From NCBI RefSeq assembly GCF_016432865.1, contig NC_067399.1, positions 400,024,001 to 400,088,000 on the forward strand: 64,000 nt of DNA, written 5' to 3'. This document shows, piece after piece, positions 1-12,059 of this stretch. The notes below the pieces were generated by a model that saw only the letters and a program-made list of their open reading frames with translations, did not search any database and was not told the origin of the DNA. Both the position numbers and the translations under genes were made by a program. This stretch comes from Antechinus flavipes (lineage: Eukaryota). Within the stretch, counting starts at the first letter, position 1. Each line of letters begins with the position of its first letter.

Positions 1-729
1 ACTGACATGTATATAACACAGACCACCATGGTTCTCACTCTCTGGGAGGCCAGATAGATTATATTTCACCATTCCTCTGGGATTCTCTGGTACCCTTAAG
101 GGAATCTTGGGTGGGGGGCATAGTGTCTACTGCAACTGGCTGCAGTCCCCACAAATACTGTTTTCTCCATTATAGGAGATGGTCCCTTTCACCCCAGTTT
201 CATTTAACCACTTAAAATCATAGTATTTTTTACAAAGGCATATTTATTTCAAAATGTATAATCATATAATCAGTCCCCTCCCTCTTTGAACCACATCAGT
301 CTCTGAGAAGGGGAAGGGTATTAGGTTCATAATTTAGCTTGGTTCCTAGAGAGCACAGTCCCAGTTTGAATTCCAGAAACTCCTTTCTGCTTGAGTCCAA
401 AATGCCCTGGCTTCTCAGGGTTTCCACGCAGAGCTAGCTGATTGCATTCTCCTGCTTGCAATCCTAGCTCCATAACTTGAACCTGAGACTCTCTGGCACC
501 TGAATCTGAAGACAGGCAATACAGAACAAAGCCAAATATCCTCTGGCCCATTTCGTGGCCTGGGGTAAAAAAGGAAGAACAGTGGAAAGAATGTTTTTCT
601 CTCTCACCTGCTCAGTTCATGGCATCAGTGTTTTGGGTGAGTGCACAACAAGAAGCAGCAGATAGGGATAAGTGACTAAAAAGATTGATGGTCTCAGTCT
701 CTCAGTTTTAAAGATACAAGCTACCCTCT

Positions 730-1150
730 TCTTAACAACATGGTGATTCAAGGTATTTCCAATAGATTAAGAAAGTAAAAAGCCATCAGCATCCACAGAG
801 AGAATTATGGAGACTGAAAGTAGATTGAAGCATACTATTTTCACCTTTTTGTTTGTTTCTTTCTCATGGTTTCTTCCTTTGGTCAAATTTTTTTTTGTAC
901 AACATGAAAAATTTGAAAATATGTTTACAAGAATTGTATATATTTAATCTATGTCAGATTGCTTGTTGAATTGGGGAAGGGGAAGATAAGAGAGGGAAGG
1001 AGAAAAATCTGGAATACAGTCTTATGAAAATGAATGTTGAAAACTATATGTGTATTTAGAAATTTTAATTTTATTGAAATTTGATTGAATTGATTTTATT
1101 GAAAATAAAAAAATAAGTAAATAAAATTCAGATATTGAAATAAAAAAATA
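730..1150 (+). mobile_element. Old marsupial L1 3' end fragment (ORF2 end/3'UTR, A-rich tail)
   Basis: Resembles L1_Mars-type 3' end (cagcatccacagagagaattatggagactgaa...ggaagggaagataagagagggaaggagaaaaatctggaa...aataaa); similar to 23950-24340 and 17290-17540. Boundaries approximate. Confidence 0.8.
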
Positions 1151-1164
1151 CAAGACACCAAAGA

Positions 1165-1345
1165 AAGCTATATCCAGCCACATGGGAGAGGCCTTTGAGT
1201 TAATTCTCTTTATGAATTTGTGCTATGAACTCAGGTGTGTTGTCACGATTGCGTACCACCCAAGTACTTTCTGGATCTCAGTTTCTTGCTTTGTAAAAGA
1301 TTAGATAAGAAGATATCTAAGGTTCTTCCTAGGTTTGACATTTAA
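1165..1345 (+). mobile_element. MIR-type (CORE) SINE
   Basis: Degenerate core 'ctctggatctcagtttcttgctttgtaaaag...tctaaggttcttcc'. Confidence 0.55.
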
Positions 1346-2013
1346 TGTCCCTTTGATGCTAAATCTGTGCTATTCTTTTATGCTAAGTCCCTACCAAAGC
1401 AACTTCTGCCAAATTATAGAACAGGGTAGCTTCTTCCATCTCTGCTACCTCTTGTCCCATGTGAAAGAACTAGACAAATCCAATTATTTCCTAATCTCTA
1501 CATGTGCTCAGGTAGAAATGCCCACGGGTATTTCATCCTTGCTTTAAACTCTGTACCTTTGCCTAAGTTCTGTCTTCTTCCCTCCACTGGTTTTTATGAT
1601 CTGCAGAATTAAATGGGGAATTGGGAATTGTGATTTTAACTTTTCCCCCCCCCTCTCCAAATTCTAATTCTGCTATCTGAATCAGTGTTTTCCAGGCTGG
1701 GAGGCTCAGATATACTTGAGAAACAGCTTCTGGTTCTCACTCAGCATCAAGGGATAGGCCTGGGCTGACTCTGATTTAGCTTAAGTGGCAGTTTTTGTGG
1801 GGGAGGAACAGTGTCAGGACCAACAACCTCTGGGAGGACTTACCTCCGTGTCTGTCCCGGTGGCTATGCCCTCATATATTCTCTGCTCTCCATTACAAAA
1901 TCTCCCTTCCAGATGGGCCTCCAGATGGATACATATGCTAATTATCTTATTACTAGTCCTGAGATTTTGTAATTAATGTCTTCTTAAAAAGAAGACATCC
2001 CATGGCTCTGGAG

Positions 2014-2185
2014 GAGTAGTGTCAAATTCAGATCCCTAAAGGCCCCATATTGATTTAGAAAACCACAAATTAACATTATCTACATTATATTTTTATAAAT
2101 TTTGTTGTACATTTTTCAATGGCATTATAATTTAATTCTGGCCACACTGGGGAGTTCTGCAGGTTGCAGAGTTGGACAATTTCTG
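2014..2185 (+). mobile_element. Non-autonomous hAT-Charlie-like DNA transposon (marsupial MITE)
   Basis: Degenerate termini (agtagtgtcaaa...ttggacaatttctg); internal 'attgatttagaaaaccacaaattaacatt' shared with 3108-3305. Confidence 0.55.
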
Positions 2186-2314
2186 ATTTCTGCAGATGGC
2201 ACAGTATGAATCCTGGTTGAGTTCCCCATACATTGGAGGTCATCTTGCTGTGGCTGGACATTTGCTTGCTGAAATGACACAGAGGGAATTCTATTGCTCA
2301 TTTCAGGAGAAAAT

Positions 2315-2500
2315 GTGGTGCCCTAGAAAGAGGGCTAGATGAATTCAGGAGATCTGAGTTCGCCAGCTTGACAGACACCTTGATTTTCGGAGCTTCTGTT
2401 TCCCCCTTTGGGAAAGGGGGATGATTTTCTGTGTACTCCCTACCTCACAGGGATGCCAAGGGGAAAGCACGCTGTAAACCTTCAAGTGCTCTAGAAATGT
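2315..2500 (+). mobile_element. MIR SINE
   Basis: 'aaagagggctagatgaattcaggagatctgagttc...ctgtttcccc...cctacctcacaggg...aaagcacgctgtaaacc'. Confidence 0.7.
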
Positions 2501-3107
2501 GTTTGTGGTTGCTACGGCCTATTAAGGTCCCTTCCATCTTTGAATACTTTACCCTCTCATCCTTGTCACTAACAGGAGGGAGGTGCAGGACATGACCGCT
2601 TGTCTCTAAATAGCCTCTGCTCTCTGGCTTACCCCAGGCCTTACCTGGCCCAGTTAGGAGCACCTGCCAATCAGGATGACCCAGAAGTCTGGAAGCCAGC
2701 AGGCTTTCCTCCTGTTCCCTGAGCTTCTACCTCATACTCGCCAATAGTGAAGGTCACCCAGGAGGTACGACTGCCCCATTTCTTAGCATGGACCGGGCAG
2801 CTTCATCCTGTAGCAGGGCAGGTGCCAGGGCTCTGCTGGAGGGGACCAGACTCCTTGGCATGAGTCAGGGCAAGGATAGAAAGTCCTTAGAGGGCAGAAT
2901 CTAGAATCAAATTCTCTTCCTGTTGCTCTCCTTACTCCACTGGGTGACTGAATTCAAATTGGGTATATCTTCTAGGGATTGACCCTTGTGACTGCTAAAG
3001 AGTGGGTGAAGGAGAGTGGTCTCATGCTGCATTAGGATAGTGTAGGGAGCACTGGATTTGGGGAGAGAGGGTCCTGGGTTACCACCATGTTCTAGGAGGG
3101 GTGGATC

Positions 3108-3305
3108 TTCATGCTCTAAATCATATAGTAATGAGGCCACTAAAGTGTACATAAGGATCTCTTCAGCTGTAGAGTGACTTAGAAAACTACACATTAACAT
3201 TTTCTGTGTTCTATTGCATTTTTATTGATTTTTGCTATTTTTTTCTCAGTCTTAAACTGGTTCCAGCAGCACTGGTCTGTGGACAGTTTGCATTTGATAC
3301 TTCTG
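3108..3305 (+). mobile_element. Non-autonomous hAT-Charlie-like MITE, second copy of the 2014-2185 family
   Basis: Shares 'gtgacttagaaaactacacattaacatt...attttattgattttt'; ends ...tttgatacttctg. Confidence 0.5.
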
Positions 3306-3774
3306 TTCTGAGTCCTTTGATTGGACTGACTCAGGAAACTATTTAAATAACAATAAAGTTTTCAGTTTTGAAGTAGGTTTCTCAAATTGCTTATAGAATT
3401 TCTGATGATTTTTGTCAATAGGACATAGATGATTAGTATAGTAGGTAGATGACAGAGAGAGCAGCCCTGGATTCAATTTCCTTTTTGCTCTGACTCCTCC
3501 CCACCACATTTACACATTTCTTTCTTTACTAGGCTATATTTTCTCTTTTCTTCTTACTCCTTCTCTCTGTCCTTCCCTTTTTCTTTCTTCTTAGCTGTGT
3601 ATACCTGCCTACTTTACTCTACTCTACACTCTCTTGCTTTGCTTAGGAATAATTCTGGCTATATTCACCTACTAAATCACAAACCTCAGTTCCCCTTTCC
3701 AGAGAAATTACAGATGATTCTTGTTTTGTTGTACTTCCATTGATACCTTCATCCATGTGTTCATGTATCCATCT

Positions 3775-3856
3775 GTGTTTCCATCCATCCATCCACCCAC
3801 CCACCCACCCACTCACCCATCCATCCATCCATCTAACCATCTATCCATCCATCCAC
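3775..3856 (+). repeat. (CCAT)n/(CCCA)n tetranucleotide microsatellite
   Basis: Directly visible ccatccatccatccacccacccaccc...ccatccatcc. Confidence 0.95.
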
Positions 3857-6800
3857 CAATATACTCACTTGACAAGCATTTATTAATCAACTTTTGTTGT
3901 GTAGTGTGCCTCTAAGGTACAAAGTACCTGGTTGTACCCTACAAAATAGGATCCAATCCCCACTCTTATGGATTATAATTTAGCAAGAGGCATAAAAAAT
4001 GGACACATAAAAAAATAAGGACAAAATGTCGTGTAATGCAAAAGAGTATTGAACATAGATATGCAGAGATTCAGCTTTTAATTCTTATTTATTTACTAGT
4101 GACCTTGGGCATAACCCCTCATAGTCCTGGGTTTCCTCATTTGTAAAATTATGAAGTTGTAATTATTTATCTTTAAGTTTTCTTCCAGCGTTTAACATTC
4201 TGTGGTTCACCTGAGTGCATTAAGGAGGATACATAATGCTAGCTCAGCCAGAGGAGAGATCACACCTAGTTGGAAGGATCAGAGAATGCTCTCTTGTCAT
4301 TCTCTTTTTTTCTCTCTAGTTTTACTCTCCTTTCCTTGTCTGTTCCCAGTCTTCCCCGTGAATGCTAAGCCACTTACCATCTGGTCAGATATCCAAGATT
4401 GCTTGGTTCTTTCCCAGAATCTCATGGACTTCTCTGAAATCTGGATGGTTCTGGGAGGACTTGGGGAAGGGCATTCTTGATTCTTAAATTTGGAGATGTC
4501 CTCAACTGATTAGCTAATATAATTAGAGCAATCCTCCTTAAAATGTTGCCACTTTTCACCCAAGAATTTCATGTGGATTCTTTTCTTTTGACTGTTGGAA
4601 TTCCTAGCTTCCTACCAGCTCTGCTTAAGTGCAACCACCTGTTATTATTGTGAAGTCATTATAATCGTGATCTATTCTTTATGATCCCATTTGGGGTTTT
4701 CTTGGCAGAGATACTGGAGGGGTTTGCCATTTTCTTCTCCAGCCATTTTATAGATAAGGAATGCTCCTTCTACATGAAGCCTTTCTGGATCTCCTCTGTT
4801 ATAGACCCCATTCCCCCTTATTATTTTTGTAACCCCAGTCCTAAAGCCCATTGGTATGGGACTTTCTCCTTATTGTGATGGAGAAGACTGATTCCCTACA
4901 TAAGAGAAACGGAGAAATTGTAAGAGTGGAGCTCCAGCCTCCATCAGTCTTTGATTATTGAATCACTTTGGATGCTTCTGGCTTCCAGCTTTGAGAGGGA
5001 AGCTGGCTGCAGTCAACCCTATTTCATGTTATCGAAGGAAAAGACTGGGAAGACATGGAACAGCTGGTAGTCTCCAGTTTGCTACACTAGAGAGTTCAGG
5101 GAACTTCTTCTTAGAGGAAATCTAGGATTCTCTTGAGTGAGCTCTTTCTTCTCACTCCCAGTGGGAAAGCTCCTTCACTGTGTTATCTGGTATATAATTT
5201 CCTATGCTTCTCAGATTTCTGTTGTGGTATGATTTGGATAAGTGGGTTTATTTGCTATTTGCTTTATGTATTCATTGTGGAACTGGTCTTTGATGGGAAG
5301 GGAGTCAGTCCTTTGGATTTAAAGCTTGGGGCCCTCTTTCCCCCCCATGGATGACACAGCAGTCAGAAGTTAGGTTGAACCTGATCATTTCCTTGGGACT
5401 AACAACATTTAAGGGAACAGATAGACATAACTCTAACCTTTCTGGCTGAGGAGAGCAGAGTTGTAGCCTCTGGCCCCCAATTCTTGCTCTTTTTCCTGGT
5501 GGGAATGAAAGTTTTCTTTCGAGAAGGATGGGGGGTGGAGCAGAAAGCTAAAGATGCCTATTCTGTCTCTCTTCAAGCCCCATGAAACATCCTCATGTTA
5601 CATGTAGGGGAGGAGGAGAATGTCTGTATACATGAACCCAGACCCTTTTATTTTAACAAAATAAAATTGTAAACATTACAAAATGTTTTGAATTCCAAAT
5701 TCTGTCCTTCCCTTTTCCTCTCTTTTTTTCTTCCCCTCTCTCTCTATCTCTAAGATGGTAAACACATGGCCCCTGTCCCCTTTATACTTTGCATTCACTT
5801 TGTATATTTTTGTACTTGGTTATCTATGTACACATTTTCCTTCAATGAAATAAGGGCATTTTTGGGGACTAGGACCATTTTATTTTTGTTTCTCCAGTGC
5901 CTAGGAGCAACGTCTGACACTTTTTATTTGTTTGCTTGAACCTGTGATTTCATTCTTGGAGGGAAGGCTCAACAAGACAGTTCCTTCTACAAGTGAAGCT
6001 TGTAACATATACCACAGTCTAGGCTTAGAGAGTTGCCTGACAGTACTGAGGAATTCAGTAACTTGCCCCAAATTACATACTTAGTACATGTCAAAGATGG
6101 GACTTGAACTCATATCTTCTTGACTGAGGCAAGCTCTTTAGTCACTACACCACAGAGTCTCTTGTATCTGGCACATAGTAAACATTAAATACTGAATGAA
6201 CATTCTTGTGGAGGAGGGAAGGAAAGGCCCAAAATTCTGCTGTGTGGTGGTGTTTCCCTTCCGCTGCCCCCACTTTATATCTGTGTGAATTCTGGTGACA
6301 GTACATGTGTGGCTCAGAGATATTAAGCTTGATTACCCACTGGGTGATTACAGCAAAGATGTGTTAAATTGTCTTTTTGCTTCTAATTATAATGGTGTTC
6401 ATATAATTAAGCAAACCCATTGTAGTGCAGTATTTTTCCTCATAGGTTCAAACACTTATAACAAAATAAAAACTGCAGTTTGGGAGCAAATCTTATGGAA
6501 TTTTATCTTCTGTTTTCTGTTTATTTGCTCCCTGGACCAAACAACACCCTTACAGAAACAAGGTGACTTGCTTGTTCTTTCTAGTCAAACTTGCAAACCA
6601 GGTGTGAAGGATAAATGACCTTTGATTTTCCCCTAGACATTGTCTGGAACTCTTCCTGAGGGAAATGGAAAGAAATCTCACTGGGGCCAGGTGGGCAGCC
6701 ATTTAACACTTGCAATGACCCAGTCTACAAGGTCTCTATGTTTTATATCAGCAAGGGGAAAAACAGGGCTTCTTATCCAAGAGGAGGAGACACATTCATC

Positions 6801-7350
6801 AGTACTAGCTTCAAAATAGTTATCCCTTCCACATCACTTCTTTCCCAATAAAGGTTTTCTTACACTGTGGTTTGACATAAGAAATTAAAGGGGAATTTTA
6901 GGGGAGTTTTGCAGAAACTGCAGATGACACAGAACCTAAGATCAAACATTTAACTCAAGTTTTACAACAAGGTATTATACACACCTCATAAAAGGAAAGA
7001 AAAAAATTCAGATTTTTAAGGGAGAGCCAAAAAGTTTTACTCAGATTTTTGAGATGGGGCCAGGGCAGGGCCATGTTCCCTCTGCCCCCCATTATGGAAG
7101 GGATAACTATAAAAGAGGCCTACAAACTTTGGGCCATACTGATGTCTGAGCTGGGACTTAGTGAAAGGCTGAGAACTTTTTGACAGAACCTTGTCCCATG
7201 ACATGTGGAGAAAGTCCAGGGCTGTCTCCTCCTCTAACTAACTAAAAGTTCAGCTAACTTTAATCTTCTGTTTATAATTTTAAACCCCTTTCTGTTTCCT
7301 TGTAGTCACCAGAAGCAAATCTGTAGTCATAGTTAAGAGTATGTCTTTGG

Positions 7351-8072
7351 GTTATCAAACTGTGCATGCCCTTTGATCCAGCAGTGTTTCTACTGGGCTT
7401 ATACCCCAAAGAGATACTAAAGAAGGGAAAGGGACCCACATGTGCAAAAATGTTTGTGGCAGCCCTGTTTGTAGTGGCTAGAAGCTGGAAAATGAATGGA
7501 TGCCCATCAATTGGAGAAAGGCTGAATAAATTGTGGTATATGAACGTTATGGAATATAATTGTTCTGTAAGAAATGACCAGCAGGATGAATACAGAGAGG
7601 ACTGGCGAGACTTACATGAACTGATGCTGAGTGAAATGAGCAGAACCAGGAGATCATTGTATACCTCAACAACGATACTGTTTGAGGATGTATTCTGATG
7701 GAAGCGGATCTCTTCGATAAAGAGAGCTAATTCAGTTTCAATTGATCAAGGATGGACAGAAGTAGCTACACCCAAAGAAAGAACACTGGGAAATGAATAT
7801 AAACTGCTTGCATTTCTGTTTTTCTTCTCGGGTTATTTATACCTTCTGAATCCAATTCTCCCTGTGCAACAAGAGAACTGTTCGGTTCTGCACCCATATA
7901 TTGTATCTAGGATATACTGCAACCTATTTAACATATAAAGGATTGCTTGCCATCTGGGGGAGGGGGTAGAGGGAGGGAGGGGAAATATCGGAACAGAAGT
8001 GAGTGCAAGGGATAATACTGTAAAAAATTACCCTGGCATGGGTTCTGTCAATAAAAAGTTAAAAAAAAAAAG
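7351..8072 (+). mobile_element. 5'-truncated young L1 (ORF2 C-terminus + 3'UTR + polyA), 16-bp perfect TSD
   Basis: TSD AAGAGTATGTCTTTGG at 7335-7350 and 8073-8088. ORF 7366-7698 (MPFDPAVFLLGLYPKE...KLWYMNVMEY) is L1 ORF2p C-terminus. AATAAA plus A tail. Confidence 0.97.
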
Positions 8073-8109
8073 AAGAGTATGTCTTTGGCCCTTTGGCCAA
8101 GGATAGAAT

Positions 8110-8250
8110 GAGGCAGTATTGTGTGATGGAAAGAGCAATGGCTTTGCAGTAAAGGATGTGATCTTGAGCAAATCTTTAGCTTTTCTTGACTTTAGTTTCT
8201 TCATCTGTAAAATGATGGAGTTGGACTAAATGGTCCCTAAAATAATCCTA
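8110..8250 (+). mobile_element. MIR SINE
   Basis: 'tggaaagagcaatggctttgcag...gactttagtttcttcatctgtaaaatgatggagttggactaaatggtccct'. Confidence 0.7.
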
Positions 8251-9599
8251 TGAAACCAGTTAGTCTGTCTGGAGATTAGGTTTCCTAGTCTTGTAGAATA
8301 TCAGGGTTATAAGTGACTTAAAAACAACATCCAATGATACTCCCTTATATTTCATAGAAGGTAATTGAGGTCTCAAGAGAAAAAGTGACTTACAAATAAA
8401 CTTAGATGATCATTAGAATCCATGTCCTACCAACCCAAGGCTCTGTCCACTGAATGAATAGTCACTTACTAGGAATATCAGGGTGCTAATTTCCTCCCAT
8501 ATGTGGGTGTGTACATGTATATGTCCCAAAAGATTATAGCTTGTCTCAGCCCCCTCATACTTATTTTGAGAGCTACCCCAAATGTAACCTCAGAGTGATA
8601 GTGGCTTGTTCAGGGATCCCTTGTCCCAGACATCCAGTGGTAGGAATGAAAATGAGTCATGGGAGCTGACTGTAAACTGTTTTTCCCTGATGAGAAATGC
8701 TAAACTTTAACTTCCTAGGGGCACTAGGAGGAGACAGGATTGTGTTCTCTTAGAAGGGGATAGCCACTCTTTTCTTTCCAAATTCCTTAAAAAGTTTTCT
8801 CGGGCGCCCAGTAGCAAGGGGACCAAGGCAAAGCAGTAATGGAGTGTGAAAGCTCAGCAAGGAAAAAGGGAGATGAGGAGATTGGGGAAGTTCATCGTGA
8901 GGCAATCCCCTCCGAGGGGCCACTGATAAGGTTCTCTGAGTCATTTGGTTAAAAAACCCGCTAATGCAGAGTGTGGCCCCAGGCCAGGCAGTGTAGCTAA
9001 CGATTTCAGATGTACGGTTGCCTTTGAGCGGAAGGGACCAGTACTAAGTGTTCATTATCAGGATCCAAATAAATGGAAAGATGGAAGTTACATGGCTGAG
9101 CCATGAAAGGTGACATCATCCTTTTAGCAGACTATTTACTACTGGGCTGTACACAGGAAGAACAGGAGAGAGACGCAGGTTCTGCCATTCGTTCACTGGG
9201 TGAGCTTGGGCAGAGGTATTAGACTGGAATGAAATTCCCTTTCTCCAGTCCTAAAAGTCTATGGTTCCTTCTGGAGCAGCTTATCCTTCCGCAGAAGAGC
9301 CCAATGGGAGGACTTGTGTAGAGTGAGGGATTTAAGAATCCTTGTGAATGTGTGTTTGTGTCAAGTGGAAGAGGACCCAGGACAGGGCCTGGGTCCATTA
9401 GTGCCTTCTTGGGGTAAGTTCTGGAAAGCGTGGGAGTAAAGGAGGAAGATTAGAGACAAAAGCACCTGAAAATATGAAACACAGAATGCTAAACCTAGGA
9501 GGGACCACAGAATTCAAAGGGAAGGAACTGAGGCCAGAGAAAAAATTTGCCCCAAGATTACAGAAAGAACAAGTGGCAGTGTTGGAAGGGTTGGAAAAT

Positions 9600-10030
9600 C
9601 ACTTTTCTTTGTGAATAAAGAATTCACTTCAGCAAACTTTAAGCATCTACTATCTGTCCTGTGCCAGGGGCTACGGATATAAAAAAAAAAAAACGACATA
9701 ATTCCTGAATACCAGAGGGTATACATTCTACTGGAAGAGGAAATTGAAATGATACTTTTGCTAGGATGTAAATGAACCTTGGAGGTACCTGGTTGGTCCC
9801 TAATTTCTCTGGAAGAGAGAAGAGTGATGGAAAAGAGTATGGATTACCCTTTTCCTAGGGAGGGACTACTTAGGAGCATTAGCCCTGAGGGATGGTGAAT
9901 GGAATACAGTGAGTCCAAAACTCAAGACAAAGAACACAGATAATAAGTAAAGAGAGAAACCCTGGAAGGTCAGGCCCAGTCCATTGTAAATCCTGATATC
10001 TTTTGAGAACCCTGAGATGGCCATGTGGCT
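9600..10030 (-). mobile_element. L2 3' fragment
   Basis: 'tcagcaaactttaagcatctactatctgtcctgtgccaggggct' resembles an inverted L2 3' end; degenerate. Confidence 0.5.
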
Positions 10031-10079
10031 GTTCTGAAAGGAAAGGGGTAGAGGGGAAATGTTGTAAACCTGCACAAGG

Positions 10080-10232
10080 NNNNNNNNNNNNNNNNNNNNN
10101 NNNNNNNNNNNNNNNNNNNNNNNNNNNNNNNNNNNNNNNNNNNNNNNNNNNNNNNNNNNNNNNNNNNNNNNNNNNNNNNNNNNNNNNNNNNNNNNNNNNN
10201 NNNNNNNNNNNNNNNNNNNNNNNNNNNNNNNN
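10080..10232. other. Assembly gap (153 N)
   Basis: Run of N followed by a GA-rich low-complexity tract. Confidence 1.
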
Positions 10233-10430
10233 GGAGAGGGGGGAGATAGACGAAGACAGAGGATACAGAGATATAGAAAAATTGAGAAAGGGAGAAAAGA
10301 AAAAAGGGTGTGGAAGAGAGATAGGCAGAGACAGAGAGAAACAGAGATAGAAAAGACAGAGACAGAAAGGAGAGAAGGATATAGAGAAAGATGGAGGGAG
10401 AAGAGGAGGAGGAAGAAGAAGAGAAAAGAG
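10233..10430 (+). repeat. GA-rich low-complexity repeat
   Basis: gagacagagagaaacagagatag...gaggaggaagaagaagag visible directly. Confidence 0.9.
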
Positions 10431-10513
10431 ACTGGTTGATTAGTTGTATTTATGTATTCCTATGGCAGGCTTAGTTCTTAATGGCTTACTAGACAACTAG
10501 ATGGTAATGATGG

Positions 10514-11133
10514 TGTGCAGGAATTGAACGCGAATATATATTGGGTTTACAGGCTTGTGGCCCAAGATGTCTCAGAATAATCTATAGTCTTAGACCCTCT
10601 ATAATCAAGAGGAAAAGATTTAATTATGCTGTTAGTATTCAGCTAAGTCCCAAAAGTTTAGGGCTTAGAGTTTAGAGATTAACAAGGGGAAAGATGCCAT
10701 AAGACACTCAACGTTCCTAAAGAACTTGCTGCCACAAGGCAGGCAGTTCCTAAAGAACTCACCATTGTGATGCTAAAGTCCCTAGAAGGAATTAATGAAG
10801 AAGTGGCGTAGAATAGGTTCCTTTATGGAGAAAAATAATCATAGGGACTGCATCTATAGCTTAACCTTCTGATTGAATACAGTAACTGTGGGGTCATAAT
10901 AATTTTGTCAGTGCAAAGAATTTGGCAAGGAATTTTACAGGGGTTATAGAAATTTGCTTAAGGACCACAAAGGGGCCCACTTAAGGACAAATAATCCTGT
11001 TAATGCTCTTTCTCTCATGTCTCAGGGAATAGCTTTGGGAATTCAACTGGAATCTACTGCAACAAAGGCCCACTTAAATTCCACTAAAGCCTTTTTCTGT
11101 CTATGCCCTTTCCTATGGTTCATCTAACTACCA
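10514..11133 (+). mobile_element. Putative solo LTR (ERV-derived)
   Basis: TG...CA ends (tgtgcagg...actacca); internal repeats gttcctaaagaact (x2) and ggcccacttaa (x2). No clear TSD, so ends are uncertain. Confidence 0.5.
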
Positions 11134-11209
11134 AGGACCAGGAGTCTGCTGAGGTTTTTATTCAATACATAGTGTGTTGGACTTGGAGTTGAAAAGATCC
11201 AAATTCAAA

Positions 11210-11870
11210 TGTTCGGGTTCAGTCATGTGAAAAATTCACAGTGGATATTCTTTTTGGCAAAAGATACGTTTATTTAGGAGAAGAGTTTATAGACAGAATG
11301 AAGAAATTTGCCAGGAATGGTAAATGTGAAATAGAATTGAGAGAGCATATAGCTAGCAAGGAAATGGATTTTTAACAATTAATGCTCGAAAAGAAAAGTT
11401 CCCTAGTGGAACTCACAATTAATCAGAAGAAAGGGAGCACCCCATGAGGTTGGAGTATGCCCTGGCTGGCAGGCTAGAGGAATTTAGCACTCTGTAAGAG
11501 TTAGTTAGCTATAAGAAGGAGAAAGATACCATGAGACATGGTGGTGGTGGGGCTAAGAAGAGATACCACGTGGCATGGGGATGAGGGGAGGGGAAAGACA
11601 CTCTGAGACAGAGTGTCTTGGTGGGCATAACCCAAAGGGGTTCAGCAAAGATGGCATGAGCCATGAACAGACTTAAAGGAGAAATTTAATCTCAGAGGTT
11701 TGATATGTCAGATTTCTGACATAGCAAGGTGGGGCTACTCAGGACAGGAGGGTGGGACTGTGGGGTTAAACTGATCCCCATTAGTGTCCTTCTCTGCTTG
11801 CCTCAGGGAGTAATTCCATCACTACTTCAGTCTTTCTCTGCCAGCTGCACCTAAGTTATTCAGGACCTCA
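11210..11870 (-). mobile_element. Putative solo LTR, antisense
   Basis: tgttcggg...ggacctca; reversed polyA signal (tttatt) near the left end; interrupts a SINE head at 11170-11209. No TSD found. Confidence 0.65.
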
Positions 11871-12059
11871 TTATTGAGTAGGAGTTGGGGGGAAGAAAAG
11901 AATAAAAAAATAGAAATTTGTATGACTTTGTTGTATATTTAAAAAAGTTGTACATAGTATATTTGAAGTTTCATGTGCAATCATATTTTTTATTATACTA
12001 CATAATGGAAATGCTTGTTTATTCCATAAATCAAAAATGTAATAAGTTTTATTAAAAAA

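Noticed and set aside
2680-2835. Single in-frame TGA (…CPATG*SCPVH…) as a possible selenocysteine codon
   Set aside because: No similarity to a known selenoprotein family, the frame closes again soon after, and no SECIS was identified.
7366-7698. 110-aa ORF as a host gene
   Set aside because: It is the L1 ORF2p C-terminus inside a TSD-bounded insertion; the same applies to ORFs at 23660, 36004, 48957 and 48986.
10003-10350. ORFs spanning N runs (also 12474-13010, 12587-12808, 16805-17038)
   Set aside because: Artefacts of translating through assembly gaps.
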